The notes: generated from the sequence alone by a model not told the origin. Positions 39,051-48,809 are shown, numbered from the stretch's first letter. The stretch: DNA of 64,000 nt from an uncultured Desulfarculus sp. (GCA_963665125.2 CAXXUK010000001.1:1792001-1856000), one strand, 5' to 3'. Numbers and translations: made by a program.

Positions 39051-40733
39051 ATGTCTTTATACATCAACCACAACATGATGGCTGCAAACGCAGCCCGAAA
39101 CCTGTCGAATATCTACAGCAACTTATCGACATCGGTGCAGCGTCTGTCTTCGGGCCTGAGGGTCAACTCGGCCGCCGACGACGCCGCCGGTCTGGCCGTC
39201 CGCGAGCTGATGAGGGCCGACATCGCAGTGCTCAACCAGGGCGTACGCAACGCCTCCGACGCCATCAGCATGATCCAAACCGCTGAGGGCGCCATGAGCG
39301 TCATCGACGAAAAGCTCATCCGTATGAAGGAACTGGCCGAACAGGCGGCCACGGGTACCTACACCACGGCCCAGCGTCTGATCATGGACTCCGAGTATCA
39401 GGCAATGGCCGCAGAAATCGACCGTATCGCCAACGCCACCGACTTCAACGGCATCAAGCTGCTGGATGGCACCCTGGCCACCCAACACGACGGTTCCGGC
39501 CTGAAGGTCCACTTCGGCACGGGTAACGAATCGGCCGAGGACTACTACTTTGTCACCATCGGCGACATGCGTGCCACCGAGATCACCGGCCTGCAGGTGG
39601 GCGGCGGCTCGGGCATCGAAAGTCTGTGGCGCACCACCGGCCTGGATATGACCGACGCCGACACCGACACCATGGCCAACGCCGGCACCTTCGGAATCCA
39701 GACCAGCACCGACGGCACCACCTGGACCACCTACGGCTTCCTGACCGTCGAGACCACCGACACACTGACCACCCTGGCGGCAAAGGTCAGCGGAACCGCG
39801 GCCACCAACACCATCGACCTGACCGGCGCCAGCACAACCGCCCTTGACGGCGAAACACTCGTTGTCGACGGCCACACCTTCACCTTCAGCACGGCCAGCG
39901 CCGCGGTCACCGCCAACACCATCGGCGTGGCCGGCCTGTCCCTGGCATCGGTGGCGGCAAACGTCCAGTACGCCATCAACACCGCCGCCACGGTGGGCAA
40001 CTCCAACGCCGTGTTCGCCCAGATCGACGCCACGGCCAGCACCCTGTCGGTGACTCTGACCGACGGCACCATGAACAGCAACACCGCCACCCTGACCTGC
40101 TCCTACACCACCATCACCCTGGGCGGAGCCACCTTCAGCGGCGGCGGAGCCAGTACGGACATCACCGCTTCGGCCATTGAGGATCCGGACAACGCGGGCG
40201 AATACGAGTTGCAGCTCAGCAGCGCAGCCGGCAATTATGTCCGCCTGGTCCAGACCGACGGCACGCCGTTCGCCGCCAACTCCACCACCAACGGTGGAGC
40301 ACCGACCGCCGGCACCGCCGACACGGCCCTGGCCCTCAACACCGCCGCGGCCACACACGTCTCCGACTGGAACGATGGTGACGATGTGGCCGAATGGTTC
40401 AGCAGCAACTCCTCGGGCGCCAGCTGGGATGGAGCCAATATCCAGACCCAGAGCGCGGCCCAGCTTGCCCTGGCCCAGATCGACGCGGCCATCAACACCA
40501 AGGACACGGCCCGGGCCAGCCTCGGCGCCTTGCAGAACAGGCTGGAGAACACCATCACCAACCTGCAGGTCCAGGCGGAAAACCTGCAATCGGCCGAATC
40601 GCGCATCAGCGACGTTGACGTGGCCCTGGAGATGACCGAGTTCACCAGAAACAACATCATGACCCAGGCTGCGGTGTCCATGCTGGCCCAGGCCAACAGC
40701 CTGCCGCAGTTGGCCCTCCAGCTCCTGGGTTAA
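39051..40733 (+). CDS. fliC: Flagellin copy 6
   Basis: Conserved termini; central domain nearly identical to copy 5. Confidence 0.98.
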   Translation: MSLYINHNMMAANAARNLSNIYSNLSTSVQRLSSGLRVNSAADDAAGLAVRELMRADIAVLNQGVRNASDAISMIQTAEGAMSVIDEKLIRMKELAEQAATGTYTTAQRLIMDSEYQAMAAEIDRIANATDFNGIKLLDGTLATQHDGSGLKVHFGTGNESAEDYYFVTIGDMRATEITGLQVGGGSGIESLWRTTGLDMTDADTDTMANAGTFGIQTSTDGTTWTTYGFLTVETTDTLTTLAAKVSGTAATNTIDLTGASTTALDGETLVVDGHTFTFSTASAAVTANTIGVAGLSLASVAANVQYAINTAATVGNSNAVFAQIDATASTLSVTLTDGTMNSNTATLTCSYTTITLGGATFSGGGASTDITASAIEDPDNAGEYELQLSSAAGNYVRLVQTDGTPFAANSTTNGGAPTAGTADTALALNTAAATHVSDWNDGDDVAEWFSSNSSGASWDGANIQTQSAAQLALAQIDAAINTKDTARASLGALQNRLENTITNLQVQAENLQSAESRISDVDVALEMTEFTRNNIMTQAAVSMLAQANSLPQLALQLLG

Positions 40734-40760
40734 ACCTAGACAAACACAGAGACCCGATTC

Positions 40761-40798
40761 AAACACGGGTTCCGGCGCAGGCCGGAGCCCGTGTTTTT
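40761..40798 (+). terminator. Terminator after flagellin 6
   Basis: AAACACGGGTTCCGGC-GCAG-GCCGGAGCCCGTGTTT-TT. Confidence 0.85.
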
Positions 40799-40812
40799 AT
40801 GGCCCGCCACTT

Positions 40813-40828
40813 TGGTCCTGATTTTGCA
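40813..40828 (+). promoter_or_regulatory. sigma54 promoter of the hydrolase-carbamoyltransferase pair
   Basis: TGGTCCTGATTTTGCA, GG-N10-GC. Confidence 0.7.
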
Positions 40829-40902
40829 TAAATCACATGCAATTTAGATTAGCCAACAGCCGAAACAATGCCTCGGACCATATATTTACGGGAGAAATGC
40901 CC

Positions 40903-41658
40903 ATGAATGCCACAGTTGAAACCACTCAACCCAACGAAATGCTTTCCGTACGCGATGACAAAAGCGGCAAAGTTATGCGGTTTGTATTCCATCCGGCGGC
41001 TGAGCCATCCCAAGCGCCCCTGATGGTTGATTTCCATGGCTGGGGCGGCGCACCCTACAATTTTTCCCACCCCCAATGGAATATCTTGGAGCCATGGGAC
41101 AATTTCGGTTTCGCCAGGCAAGGCACATGGTGGCTGGGTGAAGATCAGAACTTTTTCATGTTGGATCTACTGGATGGCGCGCTGAGCTTTGTAACCAACG
41201 AATATAGATTAAATTCGGATATTTATACCTGGGGAAGCAGCATGGGAGGTTTTGGCGCCTTGTTACACGGCATGCGCTGGGGAGCCAAAGCCGTCTGCGC
41301 CAACGTGCCCCAGGTCAACGTCCTGGCCCCTACTTGGTATGGTGAAAACAAGCGCAAGGTTGACATGGTGTTCGGACCGGACCTTAATTCACGCTACGCG
41401 GACGTAACCAACTTCATCAATTTTTTCAAACCTGAAGATAATCCGCTGTTCTTTATCATCCAATCCCGGCACGATATGCACCCCAACTACACTAAGGAGC
41501 AGTGCTTCTACCTGATCGACAAATTCAACCAGGCAGGCTGCAACTATTTCCTGCAAATTTTGCCGGTCAAGGGTCATGAAATGTACACCCCGCCGAGTAG
41601 TGCCATTCGACTTTTCGCCCAGTACAGCGAAAGCATCGAAACGATAGTTTCGGCCTAG
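40903..41658 (+). CDS. Alpha/beta-hydrolase-fold protein
   Basis: FHGWG oxyanion motif, GSSMGG nucleophile elbow, C-terminal KGH; ATG at 40903 after GGAG. Confidence 0.75.
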   Translation: MNATVETTQPNEMLSVRDDKSGKVMRFVFHPAAEPSQAPLMVDFHGWGGAPYNFSHPQWNILEPWDNFGFARQGTWWLGEDQNFFMLDLLDGALSFVTNEYRLNSDIYTWGSSMGGFGALLHGMRWGAKAVCANVPQVNVLAPTWYGENKRKVDMVFGPDLNSRYADVTNFINFFKPEDNPLFFIIQSRHDMHPNYTKEQCFYLIDKFNQAGCNYFLQILPVKGHEMYTPPSSAIRLFAQYSESIETIVSA

Positions 41659-41668
41659 GAGGGAACCA

Positions 41669-43321
41669 ATGATCGCCTTAGGACTTGGTGGCTTTTTCCA
41701 CGATTTCAACGCCGCGGCCGTAAACACGCGCACGGGCGAGGTGGCCCTAGCCGAGGAAGAACGCTTTTCACGGAAAAAGCATCACCCCCTGCACCGCAAG
41801 GACATCACCAGCACTTTTTGCGTGGAATATGTTTTAAGCCGCCTGGGTGCATCAGCTGACGACGTCGAGTTGGTGGCGTTTTCGGACGCCAAACCAGGCA
41901 AGGCGGCACCGTATCTGAAAAGCCTGTTTCCCCAGGCCAGGCATGTGCATGTCGAGCATCATCTTTGCCATGCAGCGGCAGCCTATTACGGCTCGGGTAG
42001 GAACGAAGCCGCCATTCTGTCCATGGACGGATTCGGTGACGACGCCAGCGGCCTGTTGGCCGTGGGCTCAAATGGCCGGATCACTCCGCTGCGCTACATC
42101 TCCATCCCCAATTCCATCGGCATGGAGTTTTTAAGGGTCACCTACCAGATCGGCCTGGGTTCCCACGGATCGGAAGGCAAGACCCAGGGTCTGGCCGCCT
42201 ATGCCCAACCCGCCTATCTCAACGACTACCTGGACAACGTCACCCTGCTCGACAACGGCACCTTCGAGTTCACCGACTATGTCCGGGGCCTCCAGGAATG
42301 GATCCAGGGCGGCCATTACATGGAGACCAAACACCTATTCAACGACTTCCTGCTCGACCGCATCACCCGGCGCATTCCTCCGGAAGAGCTGGAAGATCAG
42401 CACATGGCCATGGCCTGTTCGGTACAGGAGTTGCTCAACATCGTGGCCCTGCACGCGGCCAAATGCCTACGCAGCCAAACCAACGCCCCAGCCCTGGTAA
42501 CCACCGGCGGCGTGGCCCTGAACTCGACAATGAACGGCCATTTGCTTCTCAACAGCGGCTTTGCTGACGTCTACGCGCATCCCAGCGCCTCGGACCGGGG
42601 CAATGCCTTGGGCGCGGTGTTGTATCACCTGGCCAACGATCTGGGTATCGACATCGGCTTCAAGCTTAATGACGCATATTTCGGCCAACAGTTCGGCGAC
42701 AAGGAAGTCAACGCAGCCCTGCAGCGCAACAGCCTGCGCTTCGACAAGGTAGCCGATCCCCACCGCATCGCCGCCCAGATGGCCGCCGACGGAAAAATCG
42801 TGGGCTGGTTCCAGGGACGCTCGGAGATCGGAGCCAGGGCCCTGGGCAACCGTTCCATAATTGCCGACCCCAGACGGGCCGAAAACAAAGACATCGTCAA
42901 CGCCAAGGTCAAGCATCGCGAATGGTTCCGGCCCTTCGCCCCCAGCGCCATGTCCGAATACGCCGCGGAGTACTTCGCCTGCGACAGAGATTTGCCGTTC
43001 ATGACCTTCACCGTGGACGTCATGCCGGACAAGCGGGAAATCATACCGGCCATCACCCATGTGGACGGCACGGCCCGCATCCAGACCGTCAACCGCGAAA
43101 CCAATCCGCTTTATCACGCCCTGATCGACGAGTTCCGCAAGATCACCGGCGTGCCGGTGGTGATGAACACCAGTTTCAACGACAACGGAGAACCCATCGT
43201 GGAGACGCCCGAGGACGCCGTGCGAACCTTGCTCGGCACGGGCCTGGACGCGCTGATCATCGGAGATTGCGTGGTGGACAAGGCCGAACAGGCCAAGCAG
43301 ACCATAACCCAGGCCGCTTAG
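41669..43321 (+). CDS. Carbamoyltransferase (NodU/CmcH family)
   Basis: HD..AA..EEERFSRKKH, EHHLCHA, DGFGD, GGVALN, GARALGNRSI, KHREWFRPFAP, NTSFN..GEPIV. Confidence 0.95.
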   Translation: MIALGLGGFFHDFNAAAVNTRTGEVALAEEERFSRKKHHPLHRKDITSTFCVEYVLSRLGASADDVELVAFSDAKPGKAAPYLKSLFPQARHVHVEHHLCHAAAAYYGSGRNEAAILSMDGFGDDASGLLAVGSNGRITPLRYISIPNSIGMEFLRVTYQIGLGSHGSEGKTQGLAAYAQPAYLNDYLDNVTLLDNGTFEFTDYVRGLQEWIQGGHYMETKHLFNDFLLDRITRRIPPEELEDQHMAMACSVQELLNIVALHAAKCLRSQTNAPALVTTGGVALNSTMNGHLLLNSGFADVYAHPSASDRGNALGAVLYHLANDLGIDIGFKLNDAYFGQQFGDKEVNAALQRNSLRFDKVADPHRIAAQMAADGKIVGWFQGRSEIGARALGNRSIIADPRRAENKDIVNAKVKHREWFRPFAPSAMSEYAAEYFACDRDLPFMTFTVDVMPDKREIIPAITHVDGTARIQTVNRETNPLYHALIDEFRKITGVPVVMNTSFNDNGEPIVETPEDAVRTLLGTGLDALIIGDCVVDKAEQAKQTITQAA

Positions 43322-43344
43322 GCGGCAATCACGGCAGCCAATAT

Positions 43345-43379
43345 GCCGGGCGCGTCTACGGGCGCACCCGGCTTTTTTT
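43345..43379 (+). terminator. Terminator after the carbamoyltransferase
   Basis: GCCGGGCGCGTC-TACG-GGCGCACCCGGC followed by T7. Confidence 0.8.
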
Positions 43380-43458
43380 CGGCGCCCGAACCGCCGCATT
43401 TTGACTGAGCCGCGTCTCTGGGCATACAATGCAATAACCACCTGAACGGGAAGAAGCG

Positions 43459-44649
43459 ATGGATCAGATACCATACGGGCGGCACGCCATTTACCAAGAC
43501 GACATCGAGGCCGTGGAGGAAGTGCTCGGCACCGGGTTCATCACCCAGGGGCCCATGGTCGGGCAATTTGAGCAGGCCCTGGCCCAAGTCTGCGGGGCGG
43601 ACCATGCAGTGGCCGTGTCCAGCGGCACCGCCGCGTTGCACATCGCCGCCCTGGCCGCCGGGTTGGGCCCCGGATCGGCGGGTGTAACCACGCCCATCTC
43701 CTTTTTGGCCTCGGCCAACTGCCTGATCTACACCGGGGCCAAGCCCCTGTTCGCCGATATCGACCCGTCAACCACCTGCCTGAACCCGGCCGAGGTGGAC
43801 CGGCTCTGCAACGAAGCCGCCGCCGCGGGCAATCCGGTAAAAATGATCGTTGCGGTGGATTTCGCCGGGGTGGTGGCCGACCTGCCGGCCTTGGCCGCCA
43901 TCGCCCGGCGCCACGGCGCGGTGCTGGTGGAAGACGCGGCCCATTCCCTGGGCGCGGAGTATGCCTTCGGCGACGACAGGTTCAAGGCCGGGTGCTGCGC
44001 CCACAGCGACATGGCCATCACCAGCTTTCACCCGGTCAAGCACATCACCACGGGCGAAGGCGGCGCGGTGCTGACCAACAATGCCGAACTAGCCCGCAAG
44101 CTGCGCATCCTCCGGGAGCACGGCATCGAACGGGGTACAGACCCGGAAGAGCCCTGGCGCTATGAAATGGTCGAATTGGGCTACAATTACCGTCTGACAG
44201 ACTTCCAGTGCGCACTGGGTCTGTCCCAGCTTGGCAAGCTACCGGATTTCTTAAGCAAAAGACGTATACTGGCCGACCGTTACGACCGGCTCCTGGCCCC
44301 AATGGCCCACGAGCTGATTCTGCCGCCCCGGCCGGCGGGCCAGCATCCGGCCTGGCACATCTACGTGATCCGCCTGCGCCCCAGGCCAGGCGAGGACATT
44401 CAGGCTTTGGCCGCCAGACGGGCCAGGGTCTTCCGGGAACTGCGCCTGGCGGGCGTATTGGTGCAGGTCCACTACATCCCCATATCGTCTCAGCCGTATT
44501 ACCGCCGGCAATACAGCCCCGACGAGGCCGGGCTGGTCAATGCCTACGCCTATTACGCCGCCTGCATCACCCTGCCGCTCTTCCCGGCGCTGGAGGAAAA
44601 GGCTCAGGACTACGTGGCGGCCCGCCTCAAGGACTCCCTGGCCGTCTAG
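43459..44649 (+). CDS. pseC: UDP-4-amino-4,6-dideoxy-N-acetyl-altrosamine transaminase PseC
   Basis: IPYGRH..ITQGP, SSGTAALH, EDAAH, SFHPVKHITTGEGG, LGYNYRLTD, QVHYIP. Confidence 0.9.
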   Translation: MDQIPYGRHAIYQDDIEAVEEVLGTGFITQGPMVGQFEQALAQVCGADHAVAVSSGTAALHIAALAAGLGPGSAGVTTPISFLASANCLIYTGAKPLFADIDPSTTCLNPAEVDRLCNEAAAAGNPVKMIVAVDFAGVVADLPALAAIARRHGAVLVEDAAHSLGAEYAFGDDRFKAGCCAHSDMAITSFHPVKHITTGEGGAVLTNNAELARKLRILREHGIERGTDPEEPWRYEMVELGYNYRLTDFQCALGLSQLGKLPDFLSKRRILADRYDRLLAPMAHELILPPRPAGQHPAWHIYVIRLRPRPGEDIQALAARRARVFRELRLAGVLVQVHYIPISSQPYYRRQYSPDEAGLVNAYAYYAACITLPLFPALEEKAQDYVAARLKDSLAV

Positions 44650-44681
44650 GGGGCCGGCGGGGGCATGGGCGCCCCCTGCCG

Positions 44682-45896
44682 TTAGTCCTTGCCGTAACAG
44701 AGCATGGCGTGAATATTGGTGATCTCGGGCATGGCGAAAAACCGCGTGACCTTGCGGTCGGGGTCGATGAGATAGACTCCGGCGTTGAGGGGGATATTAT
44801 CGGCGATACCGGCCAGGCGGTGGAAGTGCCGGTGCAGGCTCTGAGCCACGTAATAGTATTTGCCGTCGAAATCCAGGCCCCGGGCCCAGCCCGGTATCTT
44901 GGCCAGGGGCGCGGCGCTGGTGTTGTAGACAATGCCGCGCATGGAATCGAGATAGCACAGGCGCTTGTCGATTATCATCACGCTGTGGGGGCACCACAGG
45001 TCCCTGACCACCTGGCCGTAGCACTGGCCGGTCTCGATGTTGTACTCCAATATGCCGCCGTCATAGGCGCCCTTGAGCCAGTTGCCTGTAAAGGAGAACA
45101 TCGATACGAACAGGCTGTCGCCGTCCACCCAGACGTCATTGAGATGGTGCTGGGCCTCGCCTTGGACCTGGTATTTGTCGGAGATGCTGATGCGGTTGAC
45201 CAGCTTGCCAGTGTCCAACTCGTAGAAGCCCACCGCGTCGATGCCGCACTCGCCGACCACGGCCAGACCGCGTTTGAAGTCCCAGCCCACCCCGTGTGGC
45301 CGGATCTTCTTGGGCAGTTCCATGATTCCGGCCTGGCTGAGATCCTTGTTGAGGATGCGCATGCCCGGGGCCGCGTCGTCGATTACCAGAAAACCGTCGT
45401 TGAAGCGGGCCAAGCCGTGGCTGCGGCCGGACAAGACCTTCTCCAGCCGGTAATCGGCGGTGTGATACAGGTATAATCCGCCGCCGAAATTGTCGGACTC
45501 GGGCTGGTAGCACGAGCACAGCAAGGTGGTTGTCACGGCATCCACCTCGTCGATGACGGCGAAGTTGCTCAGGGCCGGGCAGACCACGAAATCGCGGACC
45601 GGCTCATAGCCCAGGCCCTGTAGCTGGTTGATGACGTCGCGAAAGCCCGTGGTGCTGATGACGATGAGGTATAGCGAAAAGTCGTCTATCTCCTTGAGCT
45701 TGTCAGGGCCGTACACGCCCATGCCCTGCTGCTCGGTGCCTTGGACGAAGACGTTGTTGTCCACGATAAAGGCCGTGTCCAGGGCCGCCCGTTCCAGGGT
45801 CTTGTCTATGTATTCGCCAATGCCCCAGAAAATCACCTTGCGGCCCTTGGCCATTTCATTGAGCTTTTGTCTGGTCACCCACACATCGCTTGCCAT
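44682..45896 (-). CDS. Rossmann-like N-domain plus beta-propeller (DUF4915/TIGR03032-like)
   Basis: IFWGIG..FIVDNN N-domain; HHLND, PHS and PGWARGL motifs. Confidence 0.7.
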   Translation of the reverse strand: MASDVWVTRQKLNEMAKGRKVIFWGIGEYIDKTLERAALDTAFIVDNNVFVQGTEQQGMGVYGPDKLKEIDDFSLYLIVISTTGFRDVINQLQGLGYEPVRDFVVCPALSNFAVIDEVDAVTTTLLCSCYQPESDNFGGGLYLYHTADYRLEKVLSGRSHGLARFNDGFLVIDDAAPGMRILNKDLSQAGIMELPKKIRPHGVGWDFKRGLAVVGECGIDAVGFYELDTGKLVNRISISDKYQVQGEAQHHLNDVWVDGDSLFVSMFSFTGNWLKGAYDGGILEYNIETGQCYGQVVRDLWCPHSVMIIDKRLCYLDSMRGIVYNTSAAPLAKIPGWARGLDFDGKYYYVAQSLHRHFHRLAGIADNIPLNAGVYLIDPDRKVTRFFAMPEITNIHAMLCYGKD

Positions 45897-45921
45897 CGGT
45901 CGTCTCCCGCAGAGCGTTTAG

Positions 45922-47187
45922 CTACAGAATAATGTATTTCTCTTGGCCCACCAGGGGCTGACAGTGGAGGCTGGCCCGTTCCTCGGTGTTCTGGATGCGT
46001 CTGACGCCGTCGCCCAGGGGCATACGCACCTCGTCCACCCCCTCATCCTGGCGGTGGTTGGCGATGCTGTCCCTGACCACCCACTGGCCCGAGCCGTCCT
46101 TTTGCCAGATGGAGGGGTCTCGCATGGGTTCGACCATGGCCAACAGTTCTTCTTCCGTCATGCCCACGGCCTCCAGGAAGATGTCCATGTCCGACGGCCG
46201 CACGTGATCGTGTTTGGCCACCAAATCGATGCCCTCCTCCCTGGTCATGCGGCCGTAGCGAATCTCGGTGGAGGCGTCGTCAGTGGCCCGCCCGTAGCCG
46301 AACTTGAGATATTTCAGATAGTCGTGCAGGCCGTTGGCATGAACGTCGTCGAGCTTGGAATAGGTGTTGAAGGTGCGCTCACGTTCCTGGGCCGTTTCAA
46401 AGTTGAGTTTGTCTATGACGAACTGAGCCTGTTCGTGGGCGTCCCAGCGGATGAAGTTGGACAGATAGATGCCCCGCACTCCCACCCGCTCCAGGTCTTC
46501 CTCGGAGGGATACACAAATGGCTCCAGGTCATAGGGCGTCAGGGGGCAGTCGGGCTCGTTCAACAGGTCCTCGGGCTCAAAGCCCCGCATGCAGTGTTCC
46601 TGGCGCAGCTTTTTGGTGAACTCCACCAAGTCGTCCTGGTTGTGCATGCCCACCAGATCGCTGTAGCCCTCTTCGCCCCAGATCACCAGGGGCGTGTCGT
46701 ACATCACCGCGGCCTTCATGGGGAAGGTGTAGATCCCGGCGTGATAGTGCCAGGTGACGTCGCCGACCTTTTGCAGCATGTACCGGGCTATGCGCTTGGC
46801 CGAGCCCGGGGCCTGGGTGAAGCGCACCAGGTGCACGTCCATCCGCTCCAACAGGTTGGCCAGATTGCGCAGACCCAACGATGTGTTGAATGTGTGGTTG
46901 TAGGTCACAACCAGGGGATTGAGGCCGTATTTGTATTTGACCAGCCAGGTCTGATAGGTGCTGTCCTTGCCGCCGCCAACCGGGATGATGCAGTCGTAGG
47001 GATTGCCCTTTTCCCGTTGGCGCCGCCTGTATTCGTCCAATATCTCCAGCAGAAGCTTTTCATTGTCCACGAAACTGCGGCTCAAGCGGTCTTCGATGTT
47101 GCGGCAGCCGGAACAGACGCCTTGTTCGTCAAAGATGATACCCGGTCTGGCGTTGGCTGGGTACATGCATCGCTTGCAATATTCCAT
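45922..47187 (-). CDS. N-acetyl-sugar amidotransferase (PseA/WbuX family), copy A
   Basis: YCKRC..CSGC, YDCIIPVGGGKDS, IWGE, HDYLKYLKFGYGRATD. Confidence 0.93.
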   Translation of the reverse strand: MEYCKRCMYPANARPGIIFDEQGVCSGCRNIEDRLSRSFVDNEKLLLEILDEYRRRQREKGNPYDCIIPVGGGKDSTYQTWLVKYKYGLNPLVVTYNHTFNTSLGLRNLANLLERMDVHLVRFTQAPGSAKRIARYMLQKVGDVTWHYHAGIYTFPMKAAVMYDTPLVIWGEEGYSDLVGMHNQDDLVEFTKKLRQEHCMRGFEPEDLLNEPDCPLTPYDLEPFVYPSEEDLERVGVRGIYLSNFIRWDAHEQAQFVIDKLNFETAQERERTFNTYSKLDDVHANGLHDYLKYLKFGYGRATDDASTEIRYGRMTREEGIDLVAKHDHVRPSDMDIFLEAVGMTEEELLAMVEPMRDPSIWQKDGSGQWVVRDSIANHRQDEGVDEVRMPLGDGVRRIQNTEERASLHCQPLVGQEKYIIL

Positions 47188-47219
47188 TTACAAATCTCCA
47201 TCCTTGGTAGCCGGGGGGG

Positions 47220-48053
47220 CTATTGCCTGCCGTCATGCATATAACGTTCGTATTTGGGCATTCTGGGCCGGTTGATGTAATAAAAAGTGCTGTAGCGCAC
47301 GGGAACGCCGGCCTCGGCCATGAATTCCTTGGCCTTTTTTGTGCTGTGCTCGGAATAGTGGAAAATATTACCCGCGGCCACGGCCTCGGCCTTGCCGATG
47401 TTGATGCCGTCGACCAGGTCCTGCCATTTGCCCACGCCGCCGAAGGCGATGACAGGCACGCTCACGCCCCCGGCCATGAGCCGGGTAAGCTCCAGGTCAT
47501 AGCCGCGCTTGTCGCCATCGTGATCGACGTTGTTGATCATTAGCTCGCCGGCGCCCAGGCCCACGGCCTGCCCGGCCCACTCCAGGGCGTCCCTGCCGGT
47601 GGCGCGACGGCCGTTGTCGATGATCACCTCATAGCCGCTGGGCAGATCCGGGTTGGCTTTACAATCAATGGACACCACCAGGCACTGGCTGCCGTAGCTG
47701 TCGGCGATCCGGCTCAGCAACTCCGGGTTTTCAAATCCGGCGGTGTTGACCACGACCTTGTCCGCCCCGGCCCTGGTATAGGCCTTTACCACATCCAGGG
47801 AGTCGACCTTGCCGCCCACGCTCAGCGGAACGAAGCAGCGTTTGGACAGGTTTTCGAGGATGTCCAGAAAACGGGCCCGGAAACAATCATCGTTGGAGAT
47901 GTCCAGGGCGATGATTTCGTCGACGGTCCAGCCGTTGAAAAAGTCGACGGCCACCACGGCGCTGCCCACCATGTTGGTGCGTTTGAATTTGCGCGTCTGG
48001 ATGACGTTGCCGTTATAGACCAAAAGTGATGCTATGAGTCTTTTCTTTGTCAT
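47220..48053 (-). CDS. HisF-like cyclase subunit (WbuZ-like), copy A
   Basis: DEIIALDI, CFVPLSVGG, GADKVVVNT, GAGELMINNVDHDG, VPVIAFGG. Confidence 0.9.
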   Translation of the reverse strand: MTKKRLIASLLVYNGNVIQTRKFKRTNMVGSAVVAVDFFNGWTVDEIIALDISNDDCFRARFLDILENLSKRCFVPLSVGGKVDSLDVVKAYTRAGADKVVVNTAGFENPELLSRIADSYGSQCLVVSIDCKANPDLPSGYEVIIDNGRRATGRDALEWAGQAVGLGAGELMINNVDHDGDKRGYDLELTRLMAGGVSVPVIAFGGVGKWQDLVDGINIGKAEAVAAGNIFHYSEHSTKKAKEFMAEAGVPVRYSTFYYINRPRMPKYERYMHDGRQ

Positions 48054-48673
48054 ATGCGCTCTAAAAAGGTCTCGAGGATTTTCATGCCGGCAAGCTGCGA
48101 CTTTTCCGGATGAAACTGGGTGGCGAAGATATTTTCACGCTCCACCGCCGCGGAAAAATCAAAGCCGTAGTCGCAGGTGGCCGTGGTTATTTCCCTGGTG
48201 GCGTCGTCAAAAGGCAGATAATAACTGTGCACGAAATAAAAGGTCATGGGCGGGCTCAACTCGGCAAGAAGCCGCCCCTGGGCAGATATTTCCACGTCGC
48301 TCCAGCCCATGTGGGGCACCTTGAGCGAGCCGTTGTCCTTGGGGAAAAGGCGAAAACGGCCGGGCAGCCAGCCAAGGCCAGGCTCTTCGCCTTCGTCGCT
48401 GCCTTCAAAGATCAGTTGCAAACCCAAACAAATGCCCAAAAACGGCTTTTTCCTGACCAGCACCTGCTCAGCCAGCGCCTCGATATGACCATGTTTGGCC
48501 AGGCCCCGCATGCCCGCATCAAAATGCCCCACCCCCGGCAAAATGATCTTGTCGGCGTCGGCCAACATATCGCCCCGGTCGGCGACAATCAGCTCCACCG
48601 GAAAACCGTCGATGGCATTGACCACGGATTTGATGTTGGCCAGGCCGTAATCGACAATGGCGACCTTGATCAT
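48050..48673 (-). CDS. HisH-like glutaminase (WbuY-like), copy A
   Basis: IVDYG, LPGVG, LGICLG, PHMGW, YFVHSY, QFHPEKS; ATG at 48673 after AGGAGG. Confidence 0.93.
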   Translation of the reverse strand: MIKVAIVDYGLANIKSVVNAIDGFPVELIVADRGDMLADADKIILPGVGHFDAGMRGLAKHGHIEALAEQVLVRKKPFLGICLGLQLIFEGSDEGEEPGLGWLPGRFRLFPKDNGSLKVPHMGWSDVEISAQGRLLAELSPPMTFYFVHSYYLPFDDATREITTATCDYGFDFSAAVERENIFATQFHPEKSQLAGMKILETFLERI

Positions 48674-48747
48674 CTGGGATTTGCCTCCTGTCGTCTTGCA
48701 CCATTCCGACAAAACAGAATACGGCAATACGGTTTTGTTGTAAGATA

Positions 48748-48763
48748 AGCAAAAAACATGCCC
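48748..48763 (-). promoter_or_regulatory. sigma54 promoter of amidotransferase operon A
   Basis: GGGCATGTTTTTTGCT on the minus strand, GG-N10-GC. Confidence 0.75.
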
Positions 48764-48809
48764 ATTACAACAAGTTAACGTTTTCGGGACCTGAGATCAG
48801 GATTTGAGC

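Noticed and set aside
29145..40766. Long antisense ORFs (about 550 aa) opposite flagellins 1, 5 and 6
   Set aside because: Expected shadow of strongly biased codon use that avoids antisense stops; broken in copies 2-4; no RBS or recognisable motifs.
43419..43433. sigma54-like TGGGCATACAATGCA before pseC
   Set aside because: Spacing is 9 or less between GG and GC.
47213..47219. G7 tract as a phase-variation switch
   Set aside because: Short, intergenic, and unremarkable at this GC content.
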